From contig CM082595.2 in NCBI GenBank assembly GCA_040954595.2, forward strand, positions 3,085,943 through 3,149,942: a DNA stretch of 64,000 nucleotides. The letters run 5' to 3'. Under the pieces are notes generated by a model, which was not told where the DNA came from, searched no databases, and saw only the letters and a program-made list of their open reading frames with translations. Origin of the DNA: Balanoglossus misakiensis (taxonomy: Eukaryota; Animalia; Hemichordata). Position numbers and translations under genes: made by a program. Below, piece by piece: positions 38,601-53,600 of this stretch. How positions within the stretch are numbered: the stretch's first letter is position 1; each line of letters opens with the position of its first letter.

Positions 38601-41600
38601 CAGTGGGCGCATGTGATGGTTTATTCATTCACGACAAGAGGGATAGTCACTCTGTATTCACTGTCTGTTTAACCTTTGATGAAGACAGAGAGAAGCGATG
38701 GATAAGAAGGTACTGGGACATATGAGTACCTGGAGCACAGTCACTCAACACTGGAGTGACCCTAGTAGAGTGACCGTGTCCAGATTTCTCAGAGAACATC
38801 ATTTCAGAGGGAGGGAAATTGGTTGTGGAGGGTATAATACCTAGTACATCCTTGATATTGATGGTTAGGTATTTGGGGAGATTTTACGTTCTACTTCTAA
38901 CTTGAGTTCTTAATTTTGTCAGTGTAACTGACATTGACTTTCATTTGATCCCCAGTGACTTTGTATTAGGCATATCATCTTTTTTTTTGTGAGACAGGTA
39001 CATTACATGATTCTGATTGTATAGTAGATTTTTCTGATCAGTGTTTGATTTCTCTGCTTACAGGACATCAACGAGTTAGATGATATCCAACAGAAACTGT
39101 CAGAAGACGGCTTGGATCCCGGTATCAGCAATGAAGACAAGCTGAGACATCTATGGAGACTGTATGTCCGCGCGGACACAAGTCTGTCGTCTGCTCTCAA
39201 AGATGTGGAAGAGTTGCGAATACAGCAAGCACAGGAAATGCAAGAGGTATGCAGACATCAGTGTTTCATTTAGATGGAGGGGGGGGGGGGATGGGGTGAT
39301 TCATCCCCAGTTGACATGTTGGTACCCCCTAGCAATTTGTCAAGGGGGGACCAGCCCAGTATAAAACTGGTGTCACTCATATATTGGAGATATTTCAGTC
39401 CCCCTTGCCAGAGTGGAAACCCCCCAAATATTCTGGCATAGGGGGACAATATCCTCTGTTGTTGCCATCCTGGATGGGACAAACAAATTGTAATCAACAC
39501 ATTGAGGGACAAACATCAAAAGGAACCATTTTGCAACATGTATTGATGTAAGGTCACCAGAAGGACATTTTAAAGAATTGAAAGAAAGAAAAGACTTTTG
39601 AAGGCCAGAACAACATAAGAAGAATGAGGTGCAAAGATGATACAAAGTAAAAGTGTTGGGTCTGTAGAGACAGAATAAAGAACCCCAGGGACAATTATTG
39701 TACCTTTTTAATGTATTCACATTTGTTCAGCTTGCCTGCAGACCACACATATATCTCTCTCCCTGCTTTCTATAATATACCGTCATCAAATTCTTAAATC
39801 GTGGTTACATGTGCCTTTTTTGTGCCGAAACAATGACAGCTTGCGTTGATCTTTTTGTCTCTAGGTTGAAAACTATGTGGAGCATATTAGAAGTCTCTCT
39901 GACGAACGAGAACAACTGACCTTGGAATTTGAGAAAGAAAACGAACGATTGAAGATTGAGAATGAACAGCTCAGGGTGGAGATTGCGGGAGGCGCCAATC
40001 AAGAAATCGCTCAGATGTTAAGTCAGGTGAGGGTTTTGTCGAAAATAAATACACCACACTTTTCCACCAGCATATAATGGCATCACTTGCGAAGAGTTTA
40101 ATGAATTTACACAGTCATCAAAAATAACTTCTGTCAGTAAATTTTGGTCAAACAGAATGACACATGTATGTTGTCAGTCTGATTGAAATCAGATGTACTA
40201 CGTTGTAGAGTTTGGCGCTGTCTCTTGGGTGTACGCGCCGTGTCCCTTCCAAACAGAACATCCAGCAAAGGTAAAGACGGTGCCTAACTCTACATCTGAT
40301 TTTAATCAGATTGGTATGTGGTAGCTATGCTTCATATCTGTCAAAATTTCAAGAATAGCCATGCTGACTGTACATGTGTTGCTGAACTCTACAGGAAGGT
40401 CTAGAGGATGTCGCCGACGGCACAACAAGTGAACAGATCGCTTACCTTCTGGTGGAACGCGCCCGACTGATGGATGAACTGGACGCAGAGAGGAAGAAAT
40501 TAGAGGAGTCGGGAACGACAGAAGTCGATGGAAAGAAAGTACAGGAAATTCTCGCAAATGAAAGGCAGGAGCTAGAAGAAGAGAGGAAAAATATCCGAAT
40601 GACAAAAGAGAGTCTTCAGAAAGTAAGAGGATTGTGAAATATTGTAATATGTACAGTGAAACCTGTTATTACGGACACCTCTCTAATCAGGACACCTTTC
40701 TATTAAAGACAGATTTTCTGGTCCCAGAGGTTTCCTTAATAGACAGGTTTCACTGTATTTCTTTGCGATGTCTTTGTACAATGAGTTATAATGTACATTA
40801 TATTTATCGTGATGTTCAGACACAACCGATGATTGCATTTGGCCTGTATTCATACCATAAAAGCCAGCCTAAGGCACACTAAGACAAACTAAAGCAGAGT
40901 GCTTTTCATTATCATGTATTAATCAGGATTTCTAACATCCGTAGGTCTTTCACCTAACATTTTCCATAACCACTTCATCACTTTCACTCTCTGCGACTTT
41001 TCGATCAACACTTTTCCTTCCATTTCTCACAAGCTTCATGATGATGAACTTAGTTCACAACGTAAGGTGAGTCCTGTCTGCTTTTACTAATCATAACTCC
41101 TTCTTCATAACATCCAAGTCGTGCAGGCTAATAAATTTGGGAGGCATTGTGGCCTAGTGGTGATGGGTACCAGACTCGCATCAGAGCGTTATAGGTTCGT
41201 GACCCGGTCATAAAATTTCCAATATCAAACTCATTGTCTATGTTTCTTGTGTCTAGAATTTTCCACTTTGCTGTATGTAGTCGGAGAGTTTCAATTTTGA
41301 CTGCCATGTTCATTATCTGTATTCACCTTACAGGAAAATCAAGACAAGCTGAGGCAGAAGGACAAACTCATCATGGAAATGCAGAATGAGGTTCAGAAGC
41401 TGAATGCCGCTGTCGAGAAAGAGAAAAAAGCAAGGCGAGAAGACGCTGAAAAAATCAGACTGCAGGGTGAGTCATAGCTGTGTGTTTTACAATCAAACTT
41501 TCTACCTAGTCATATTGGCCTGTCAAGGAACTTTCCTTGGTCTTTGATCACAAATGTTCCAGGGAAAATCCCGGAAAACTTTGGGTGACTTTTAAGGATT

Positions 41601-44600
41601 ATCTCCCTGCATTCAATATTAATCTGACATGTTGGCGCTTCTTGTTCTTATTTCAGAAGACAGTCACATCATGGCAACGGTATCTAAAGATTTGGAAGCG
41701 GCAAATCTGCAAGACAGAGAGACGATGTTTGTTGAAGAAAAAAATGAACTGAATCAGAGGGTATGTACACGCTTATTATGGGAGTAAGGTGAACTCGATT
41801 GGCAAACAGATTTTAGATTTCAGAGTGAGTTCTAGAGTGTGATCTGCAGATATGAGAGTTTGGTAAGATGTCAGTTAGGAGCTGGGATCATTGTAGTGTT
41901 ATATTGACCTGAGAGGGCGTTGTTTACAGCGTCAATAACAACGATGGTCAGTATCACAGTGATCTTCAAGAAAGTTCATGAAGTTTGTACAGGTTTCTGG
42001 GATGGCATTTTGGCAAACTGTAGTTGGTTGTAATGCTAGTAATTCAAAATTGATGCCCAAAAACACAATCCAGCCTGTGGGCTTTTTGTGGTTTACAATA
42101 TATTACAGGTAGTGTCGGTCTGGCTTCAAGTTCTATTGATCTGCCATTAAAGGACGTCACATATATGTCTAAACATGTATTATGAATGATCAAGATAGCT
42201 TATGGATAATTGATTAGTTCAAATGAATAATTAACCATACAATGAATAATTAATCAGATATTGTTTCCTGGCTTTCACATGCCTGTGTCTTTCTTGTTAT
42301 TGTAATTATATGATAAATGTACCTGCAGAGTTATCAATAGGAAAATTTAGCTCAATATATTCCGCTCGTCTCATTATTGTAGGTGGTTCTGGTATTAAAA
42401 TGTGGCAGTGTAGACTGTTACTTTCTTGTCAATATCTCTCGAACGAGCATGAATATAAGTCCCTAAATTCAATCGATCACGTCAGACAGAAATTTCCAGC
42501 AAGCTTACTTGCATTGTTAGATTTGTTTTGTGCTTAAATGGTCTGCTCTACCCCGATGGGAATGGGGTGATCCAAATTTCTGCAGAGACCTTGTACGAGT
42601 CGGCAAGTTCTTGTCGGAGAATCTGCAAGTTGTAAATCCATCAGACGCTCCAACCAACATGAATGCATATTTATCGCTAGACACTTGATGATCCTGACAA
42701 GGGTGGACACTGACGAAAAATGTCAATCTTCAAAAGAAAGGTACCGTTTTCATAAATCTTTAGTGTCTTGTGTGAAAGTGGTTTCTCCAAGTGAAAAATT
42801 GTACGTACCCGCAGTCGAACTGACATATAATATTCACGTCAGGGTACAGTTACCTGTTAGCAGTTGGACGTCTTTGCGATAAGCACTGTACAGTGGTGTG
42901 GTTTTCCGAGGTTTATTGTGTGGTTGTGCTTATAGTGTAAACAGAGCAAAAGGGAAAAGTCTCGCAATATATAGTCATAGCATGAGCCCTGGTGTCAGGT
43001 TTTAGTATTGTAGCCCTGAGATAAAGTGATCTAATACTTTGTGTGTTTGCTCACACCAAACACATCAGAGAATAGTCAGTACATTTGCTATTGACTGTAT
43101 TTGATAGCAAATTGAAGTGTTCAATAATTCTACTTGCTACCTACATATTGATTGCTAAATGGCATAGATTACTGGAATAAGAATTATTTTAAACAATCGT
43201 TAAGTGTTTTGGCCTTTTCTTCACAGAGTTAATGTGAAAATATTTCAGCATATTGAGGGAAATTTCATCTCTAAAATCACTTTATTAGGTCAGCTATCGT
43301 GCAAAGATATTTTGATTGAGAAAGCCTATTTCTCACAAGTTTACCATGGTGTGATAAATCCATAAAACCTTTTGCATGTGAGTCTAATCCATTTTTGTTT
43401 TGTACTTGCAGATCAAGGAATTGTCAGACGAACTTGAACATGAAAGAGGCACGAGAAGAACCCACGAAGCTACTGTACATAAGCTTAGAGCAGTTATTGA
43501 AAGAAACAAGAAAATCTTATCAGAAGCCGAGGTAAGAATGATCATCACAGATTTAAGATTTCTTGGCTCTGAGTCAGTTCTAAAATTTGCATAAACAGAT
43601 GTACATGTTGAACGTGCAATGGCGCTAAAAATTATTATTGAAAATTTAAGTAAATTCTCTGTATTTTTTCACAGACTGCAAAACAGAACTTGGCGGATGA
43701 GAAGAGAGCCTTGGACATGAAATTATCGTTTTTACAGAAAGACGTCGAAGAACTGAAAGAGAAAGAGAAAACTCTAGTAAGTAGTCACATCTGATTCGCC
43801 TGAAAAAGTCACCCTGTCCTGTCCCAACCAATCACTAAGGGGCTTACACACAGGTGTAAAAGTGATCGTCCAATCACTTTGCAAATTGCTTGTCTTATCA
43901 TTCTGTAGAATCTGTTTTAGGATTGTCATTGCAATTGAGATAAAAACCACGGTGACTCTGAAAATTAAACAACTGACTGATAAGATCCAGTATTCATGCT
44001 TCAAAGAAGACAAAGATCGATCGATCTTCAATAACTTCAATTTGAAATGGAGAGCAGATAAACACCTGCTATTTTCCCACGGTCATTAAATATTTTATGA
44101 ATGATATTGCAGAATAGCAATAAAAATCCTGAATGATAGAAATAATAGTCGAATAGAAAACGGTGTCGTGCCTAATGCTTCCTGTAGTGTTTCTTAATTC
44201 ATCACAAAACAGGAAGTCAGATGATGAGTTTTAAGAATGCATTAATGTGGTGGAAATGAATTGAGAACAAAGTAATGACGCAAATGGTTGGTTCAGTTTT
44301 AATTTGAACTTGAAGGGGAAAAAGTACAGCTTGCATTTTTTTGAGATGGTCCGATCTTTGTTTACTGGAGCATGGATTTATCAGGCATGATGACAATCCT
44401 AAAGTAGTCATTAAAAGCTTTTATGGCTGTGTGTAGGATGCACTTAAAATGAAAGTAAATGTATCACTTCCTTCAGATATGGACTTCTAAATTCTCCATC
44501 AGAAGTTTTGTATGTGATATCATATAAACAAAAGTCGTCAGATTGATTAAATCATCATTGTCAAATTTTTGTACTTCATCAGGCTAATGTACAGACGGGT

Positions 44601-47600
44601 GACAAGGACCTCGAAGACAAGCTGAAAAAAGAAATCCAGGAACTGAAAGATAGAAATCGGAGTTTAGCCCTCGAGTTGGACAGTACAAACACAGCCCTGG
44701 ACAGGCAGAGAGCGAAATGCAAGGAACTCGAAGAGGAAGTGAATAATTTTGAGAAACAAAGTGAAGATAAGAAGAAAGAATATGAAAATAAACAAAAATC
44801 TATCTATCAAAAGGTGAGATGTTTTGAGTTTATGTTTGTGAGAGATTAGGAAAGTGTATCATGTGCATCATATCAAAAATTATCCTGTTGTGTGTGAAGG
44901 TATAAACCATGGTGTTATAATATTCTATGTATTCCTTCCTGGTTTAACACTTACAGCTAGAGAGTATGAGACTTCAGTTGGAAACATCCAAAGATGAAGT
45001 TGCAGCCACGCAGAAGGAAATTGTCAGAATTCAGAAAAATCACAGGAAGGTAGGCCATTATCAAAATCTTTGGCAGAAACAGAATTTGTACTGTGATAAG
45101 CTACAGTTGTTTAACCCGTTCAAATGTACCATAGAAAACAATGATTTGGACTGAATTATGATGGTGAAAGGGTTAACCAATAGACTTGTTCTCTTCATTG
45201 CAGGAGCTTGGAGAAGCACGATCAGAGGCCGACGCACTCAGAGACGAACTCTCTCTACAAATGCAGGCCGGACGGCAAGCAGAGGACAACACAGCCGTTA
45301 TCCAGGAATTAGAGAACAGTCTGGAAGAAGTGAGCCGGGATAGGGACACTCTTGCCAGGGAACTACAGGCGATCATCACCAAGCAACAGAAAGATGATGA
45401 TTGGTCGAAGAAAAGTCGAAAGTTAGAAGATGAGAAGCGAGAATTACAACTCCAGGTAAGGGGGAAAGTTTACTTAAATCTTCTCTAGCAGGCATGTTTT
45501 GGAATTGCAAAAGCTGATTTCATACAAGCTGTTTTAATCAAGATGTGACTATTCAGGTGGATTTTATGCGAACAATTGCTGTCTTAGATTTCCTGTGTCA
45601 GGACAAGTCATGTGATTCAGGAGTTCTTCGCACCCTGGATCATTTACAATAGCGCCACCAGTGTCAGTTTTCAGTAGGAATTCCAGCTATAAAATTATAT
45701 ATCTCTGTCAATATTAAAGCATCGTAAAAATTGTTTTCACAGATTGACGATGTGTCCAAGAAGCATGCTGAGCTTGAGCACGAAGTTAAGTTACAGAAGA
45801 GTTTGAATTCAGGTAAGAATTTCTGAATATTAAATTCCGAGCGCAGATTTCTGTGTTTCTATTGGTTCGTAAGTAGGAAAAGATTCCTTAGGTCACTCAT
45901 CATTACAGTTTACGGTGATGATTTATTCTGGGTTCCTAGGGGTGCTGTTTTGGTTGCCACAGCAAATGCTGTTCGAGCGTACAAGAGTTCGTTTATTCAT
46001 TCCAGAGGTTATGGTTTTCCGATAATGAAATTTTCGCCAGCGACGTCCATGGACACAACAGGGGAACCTTAAGGAAAATTCACAAAAGAAATACTGCTAT
46101 TGTCCCGTGAATAAGATATTGTCAAGACTGTGTTCTGTATTTTGTCTGCTTAACGAGAATTCTTTTGAATGGGCCCGCTGTCTTTGGTCGTTGCTCCTGC
46201 AGTTAGAATGTAGTGTGCATTGAATAGGGGGAAGCAAATATATATGGGGCCTCATACAATCGGCATTGTTATTAAAATACAGCTGCATTCATGATTGGTC
46301 TGTGTGTATATAGCGGGTCTACCGTACGCACACTGTGTCCTCTGATAGCAAGACTGTATTCATTCATGTTATCGTGTTGTGGTCTATGTGCGTGTTCCTA
46401 TACTTGGGAGAAAAATACTGCGATAATTTCATAGTTTGCCGGGTTTGTGCCGGTTGTCTTGGATGACTATGACCACGGTGACCACAGAATACGTAGAGTC
46501 GGTGCTTGCCGCACAGGAGTCTAGTATAACAGATGACTCCAGCGTTTCAATAGACTCCCAAGGTAAAGATGTTGACATCAATTAGCGTGTGATCTACAAC
46601 TATGCATTACTGTAATTACGATGTCTGGGTTGTCATCATGGACGCTTAATGAAGACAATCCTTGTGTCCTTGAACTTGTGCGTATCGTGTGTCGAAGATT
46701 CGAAAAGTCATTCACAAGTCCGACTTCCCATGAGCATTTTCAGCGGAACCAAATTCCTAAATATGACTTTATACATCCATTTAATCAAGTCTTGCTCTTA
46801 TTGTTAATTTGCATCAAGATAAAAAAATGACAGCCGGTGTTGTATTTTGAACAGTGGTGTATCTTATGAATAAGTCATGAGAACTGTGTTGCTTTTATCA
46901 AGCTCCATCCCAGGTCGAGATGTTTTTACTGTTTCATATATTTTATAATCCTGGAAAAGTCTCCTCTATTCGGAATTTCCCTGTCCAACTGTTCAGGCAG
47001 CTTGATAACATGTGAAAATGTCCAGATGAACTTAACATGTGATGGATTTTAACAATTGGAAAAATCATAAAAAACATACTTATTAACATGCAAATTTTAT
47101 GTGCTTTGACTGGTTGTTTGTTTTCCATGATGAATTGCACTCAATTCGAAATATTGATACTGGAGTACTTTTTTCAAAACAACATATTCATTACCAATTG
47201 TATGTACACAAGAAATTGTTTCTGTTTGGACGAGAAATCATTAAACCCCTGTGAGGCATTTTAAATTGTGAGAGCTATATTTGTCACACAAAATTACCTG
47301 TCGCAGCTGAATTATTGATTCATACAGGTGTTTTGTACAGATATTAAAAAGCCACTGTGGCATTGATCACGACAATTGATGTGTCCCACTTACAAGTTTA
47401 TTCCGACCTTCAAAGCAGTGTTATAAAGAACTCTTTGCAATTAATACCTGAGCAAATCGACGTTGTGTATTTTATAAAACCCAGCTTTGAAATTCACAAA
47501 ATTGATTCTGTGTGTGTGTGTTCCTGTTTTTGAATTTACTGAAACGCTGTTAAACTTCTATGCTGGCAGTAGAGTTTGTCTACATTGAAGTTGGGTTCAG

Positions 47601-50600
47601 TAATTCATACACTGTTGGGATGTTGTTAAGGAACTTTACCTTTTTTCATGGCTATGACTTTCTGTTCTTCGATAAATTTATGTGCGTCTTTGCCATGGTC
47701 TCTGGCCATTGTCATGGTTGACTGAACTGTTTGGCTCATTTGCTTTCAAATTAATTTAACTGACCTCTTTGGTGACGAGTTGACAGATGTTGTTTCACAC
47801 TTTTGCCTTTGGAGTTCAGAGAGTTGGCCATTAATAAGAATCTTTGCATCTTTTGTTTATTTTCTGGCGATGTGTGTGTACCACACTTTGCACCAGTCTT
47901 CCCGGCCTCTGCGGAGTTTATCCAACTTTGGACCGCTTCCAACTCTCGTTTGTGTTCAGTTTTTATTGTGCCGTGTACATAAATTCAATTCAGCATCTGT
48001 TGTACCGAGGCAGTGTGTTTCAAATCGTCCCTTGAAGTCAAGAGGATCTAAGTAACTGCTTCAAGACGTTACCAGCTTACTCCATGTTTGGTAAATCTTG
48101 AAACCTGAGTGATATTTGCGTGATCTCCTCAAGAAACTCACAAGATATCCTTTTAAGTGTCTACTCTTTTACTTCACCTGACAATGGTGGAATGATCACC
48201 AAGGGAAGACCGTGGTTATTTGATCCACTGTGTTTTGATAGCTATTCCATTGTATCTTAGAATCACAAAGGTGTGTTGTCAATCCCACAATAGTCAGTGA
48301 AATTGGATTATGTCAGTCGAATCTTTATACAGTAGCATTTCTCACATAAGAAGACTTCTACAGAATCCAGATTTGTTAACAAAATCTTTGTCCTGTTTAG
48401 TGTTTTATGAGTAGTTACAAGTTTTTGTAAATGTTGATAATGTGCTGAAGGACGGGAGGTGTGTACAAATCTAAAAGGTTTACCTTGCATGTTCATTTTG
48501 GTTAAAAACAATCTTGGAAAAAGTACAGCTTGAAAACAAATAAATATGTCTGAGTCATTGAGTAACTTCAATGTGGCTGTCAAATCTCCGAAATATTGTA
48601 CTTGGAATGCAAAAACATGTACCACCTTTATTTGCCGATGTTTTGTATGTGGAATAGCGCATTCAATTTTCTTTTTTCTCTTCGACAGATTTGCAGAGCA
48701 GATTAGATCTGAGTACGAAAAAGGCAGATGAAGCAGAGAAGGAGGCGGACTCGCTCAGAACTGAAGTCTCCTCCATGTCATCTCAGCTGATCAAACAATA
48801 CGACACATCCAAAGACGGACAGGTAAGACAGACTGTTTCAGTGTGTAAAATGAACGGCAAAATATTTGCACAGTTCTTTGTGTAAAGCATGTCGCGTTTG
48901 CATGCATGCAAACAACCCGGCTGGACTCTCTCTGGTGAAATTACCTGTCTGATAGACATGTACATTAAATGTAGACAGTACTGGTAAACTTACTGTTAGG
49001 GTAAAATGATAACATAAGCAGTACCTTAGCAAGCTAGGTGATCAGAAATTCAATTTAATACAGTGTAATGTGTTTTGTTATGTTTCAGTTTGTTTCAGTA
49101 AAAATGAAAGACTTCAATTTCACATTTTTTTTCCATTTGTGACTTCCAATCACCCATACACCAACTCATCCATCCATTGACAAACACTCTCCCCTTTTCC
49201 CGTCTTTCCACAACCGGCCACGTTCGTCATTCCCTTTGCAGGAAAAATTAGATAAACTCGTGTCTCAGCTCCACAAGGAACTGGAAGTGGAGAAGGAATC
49301 CGGCTCCGTGGAACGGGAATCTCTCCGGCAGCAGCTGGAACGAGAACGGGAATTAACAAAAGATCTCCAAAGACAAATCGCCGTTACCAAAGAAGTAGGC
49401 ACAGCTATAACAAAATAGTGTTTAATCGCCCTCAATTTTCACACAGACAAGTTTACTACTTACCCACAACTCCATGGTCATTTCCTCACAGCTAAACATC
49501 AAACATATCTAACCTAATTCACATAATCATAAATGGCCTCTTGCTGAACCAATCATAAAAGGTCACTCATAGAGCTCTGTCACTGTCTCATCTACTTACT
49601 AATACCGGCTGATGTCAATAGATTGATGTTAGTCATTAAAAGTTACTTAATGCATGTTGATAACATATTCCTGAAATTTTCAGAAGAGCATCAACTTTTT
49701 CTTTAAAATAGATAGTAATACCAGAAGTACATAATGTGTTGACTGCTTTTAAAATCTTCAAATTGCCTGCAAAAGATCATAAAATTTTATCAAATGAATA
49801 ATCTGCATGCTTTGGTAAAAATCAGTGACCTGGTCTGTGCTTGGGCCAATCTTGAGCCACTTGGTCTTTGGATGTTGCTTTGGGTCGGTGCTTCACAGCC
49901 AGTTGCTTGGGTCAGTGTTGCTTCAAGGCATCTTGGTCTTCTTAAAGATTTTGTGGCTGCTTTGCATTGCTTCTAACGTACTCTAGAAAGCAAGCGTTTT
50001 TTTTCAGCAGAATCACAAGTGTGAGAACATGTTTTAAGCGTAACTGTCACTTTGCTGGAATTCTGTTAATCTCGTGAAGACACGACACAGCTGAAATGTG
50101 AACTTGATTTGTTCAGGATTCTGTTGTTACATAGTCCCTGGTTTTTATGTACATGTACTTTTCATCCCATGTAGGAAATGGTTTCGGTGAAAACAGAGAA
50201 TGCCTTACAAGCCACATTGCCAAGCAACACACCAACTCAGGAAGAAACAGCTAGGCTGGAAGAACTCAAGGCGAGAAATAAACTACTAGAAGATGAAATG
50301 GCAAAGGTAATTACACAAAATATAAACAAAAATAGATAGCAGTCCTTTCTCCACAGAAACCCAACTGTATCATGCATAAGGCAAATTGTCCATTTATTGA
50401 AATTTTGAAAGCTTTTGGCTCAGTGCTCAGTGCTCATGAGAGATTTTAATGTTCACAGGTATGGAATCAGATGAAAGAAGTCCTTGATAAGCTGACGACT
50501 TCGGAACAGAAGAAACATGAATTGGAACTTGAACTGGACAGGGTAAGAGACTTCACCCCCATTTCGATGTGTTAAGGTCCATCATTGATATATAAAACAA

Positions 50601-53600
50601 TGGAGTTGGACCAAACCATGGTAGTGAAACGGCGGTTGCTAAGTATCTCACTTATAATTTTAATGAACAATTTATGATATTTTCACCAATAAATTTTGTC
50701 CCTATGTCTGTATTTCCCCCAGGTATCCTCCAAGCAACTGAGTGGTGAACTTTCTGACAATATGTCCAGGCATAAAATGGAAGCTACCGAAAGAAAGGTA
50801 GGGATGTTGTACTGGAAAGTCAAAGAAATCTCTACTCCAATTGTCACTATAATCAGCAATTTTAATGATCAACGTATTTTGCTTAAAACCAGCATGGTAA
50901 TTAAGAGTCCCAGTATCTCAGTAACTTTTCCTTTTTACCCAGGTTGCACAGCTTCAGCGAGAGTTGAACGACACATCGATACGAATGCAAGCGGCTGAAA
51001 TACAGCTGCGAGAGACTGCGTCTGTAAGAATAGATCTTCAACAGAAAAACGACGAGCTTATCAGAACACGGAACCAGTTACAAGATGAAAAACTTCAAAG
51101 GTAACACATCAAACCCTTACATCACGCCAGTGCTGTAGATTTTATTTCGGGTCTTTTGACTGAAATTAATGTTTCCATTTCCCAAGATTACTCTATCACA
51201 TTCAGTCAGTGATGCGGAATTTCAACACTGACTTGTATTTTCTACTCTGCATTCTAGAACTATGCAAGACCAAGTGTTGGCTGACTTGAAGCACCAGATA
51301 AACGCCATGAAAGACAAAGAAGGCCGACTTTACGATGACCACATGGATCTACAGTATAAACTCTTAGACACAGAATCCAAACTGAACATCACTGAGGACA
51401 GGAGTAGGTCAGCTTCTGACTTGGTAAGTGTGCAGTGATGATGACAATTTTCAGCACCCCCTTTCCCACTACCCCCTGTGTTAGTGGCCACCTCAGCATA
51501 GTGGAAACTTTTCTTTTGTGGCCACTTTGTTGCAGTCCCTGTGCAATCAACATGTACATTAATTAATCTGTTTATAAAGACCACCTGTCTTTAATTATAA
51601 AGACCAGTTCAGGAAAGTCCCTTCACTGGCTCACTGGCTGGTATAGACAAGTTTAACTGTATTCGCTTTGTGTGTGTCTCTGCGATCATTGTGTTTGGTA
51701 CCTCATCTGAAATATGCAAACAGAATGAAATGTGACATATCAGAATGTAACAACTGTATTTTCTCTCTTCCACCAGCACCAGTTGGCAGAGACCAGCAAA
51801 AAAGCCTTGATGGAACAAGTCATTCATTTGCAAAAAGAAGTGGAAACACTGCAAATAGATTTACTGAAAAACGGGGAAAAATTAGACTTCCAGATGAGAA
51901 GATATGAAGAAAAGAAAACATATTGTAAAAACAAATTACAGCATGCAAAGTAAGTTATCATATAGTGTATGTGTGATTTTGTTTCAGTTGTTGTATTTTA
52001 ACTTTTACAACCCTTGACCAAATATTCCAGAGGATTGGTGCCCGAGCCTTATCAAGAAGACGTCAGCTATATGTAAGGTTCATAGAGATACTTTGCTGAC
52101 AACCTGGCTGTTTGTTACAGAGATATGTTTTCACGTCAGAAGAGAATACTCGGAGAACACTTGAAGCAACTGGAAGACGACTATTCACTCGCAAAGGCGC
52201 AGTTACAGAAGGAACTCGAATGGAAACGAGACACGGACGGAAATTACCAAAAAGTTTTGGCTGAGAAAAGAGAGCTCTTAACAAGGTACAGTTTTCATTG
52301 AACATTGTCTTTGCAGTCTGGAATTTTAGCTGCCACTTGTGGTAGCGTTACACTGTCATATCATGATCGTCTTGTGGCCACTGTCTCACAATGTCAAGAG
52401 ATGTGTTCTGCTCGAGCTAGTGTGAGTAATTTTATCATGTACAGTCAAACCTGTGTTAGTGGTCACCTAGTGGCCACTTTGTTACAGTCCCTACGCAATT
52501 TATGTGTACATTAATTGACCTCCTGTCTGTAATGGCCAGTTTCAGAAGTCCCTTGACTGGCTGCTATAGACAGGTTTGACTGTACATGTACATCAATTGA
52601 CCTGTCTATTTATAAAGGCCAGTTTAGGAAAGTCCCTTGACCGGCCTCTATAGACAGGTTTGACTGTATAATGACAGTACACAATTGGTTTGGAATGTAT
52701 GAAGTAAAAATAATTGACTTAATGTTAAGTTTTAATTTTGACATTATACTTATTCGTCTTCTAGGATGTCAGAACTGGAAGAGTCCTACAGGAATGCCAC
52801 AACATCACTGACAACACTGGAATACAGGTCCCGGTATCTGGAGCAAGAGAATTCCACACTACAGAGCAGACTCGACTCATCAAACCGACAGAAAAACGTG
52901 CTGGAAAAATTACTCAAGGAGTATAAATTGGAGAGACAGAAAGAGGTAAGATGATGGGGCCAGTGAGGGGATATTTGGAAACTGCATGATAGAGGAAACT
53001 TAAACCCCTTCCCTCCCTCTTCTAAAGAATATCATGGAAGAATGAAAATGCAAATAGGAATTTATGATTTGAGCATTCACGTACCAGCATTCTCTCTCCC
53101 ACAAAGCTGGATTTAATTAACCTTTTTGTCATCATGGTTCAGTCCAAACCCATTGTTTTCTATGGTAAGGTTGGACCTATATCGAGGGAAACGGGAATGA
53201 AAGGGTTAAAGGTGCATTCATTCATAGTTTCTCCCGCAAATAAAAGTTATGGACCATAGCTGCAATGAAAGAAGTTCACACTGGTAGTCAATATCTGGGT
53301 CACTTTTATTCTGACTCGGACCTCGCTCTGTTTTCACAGGATATCACTCGAGCCATAACTGGCAGTAGTATGCTGATGTCTCCCAGACCAGACACGCCCG
53401 GTAGCAGTACTTATATCAGGCCCAGCAGTGGCATCGGTACATCATTAGGGTAGGTGTCGTAGCACTTTTATTTTGTCTTGTTTTATCAGTCTCCCACATG
53501 GACCACTTCGCGGATAGAATAACGCAGGGTGTTGTGGGACAGTTTGTGTTCTGAGCACGTGCGTTAGCCATGTACTAGACGCTATGTTGAACGCAAATTA

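Noticed and set aside
41139-41212. tRNA gene
   Set aside because: A and B boxes are present but no proper acceptor or anticodon stems; better explained as a SINE head.
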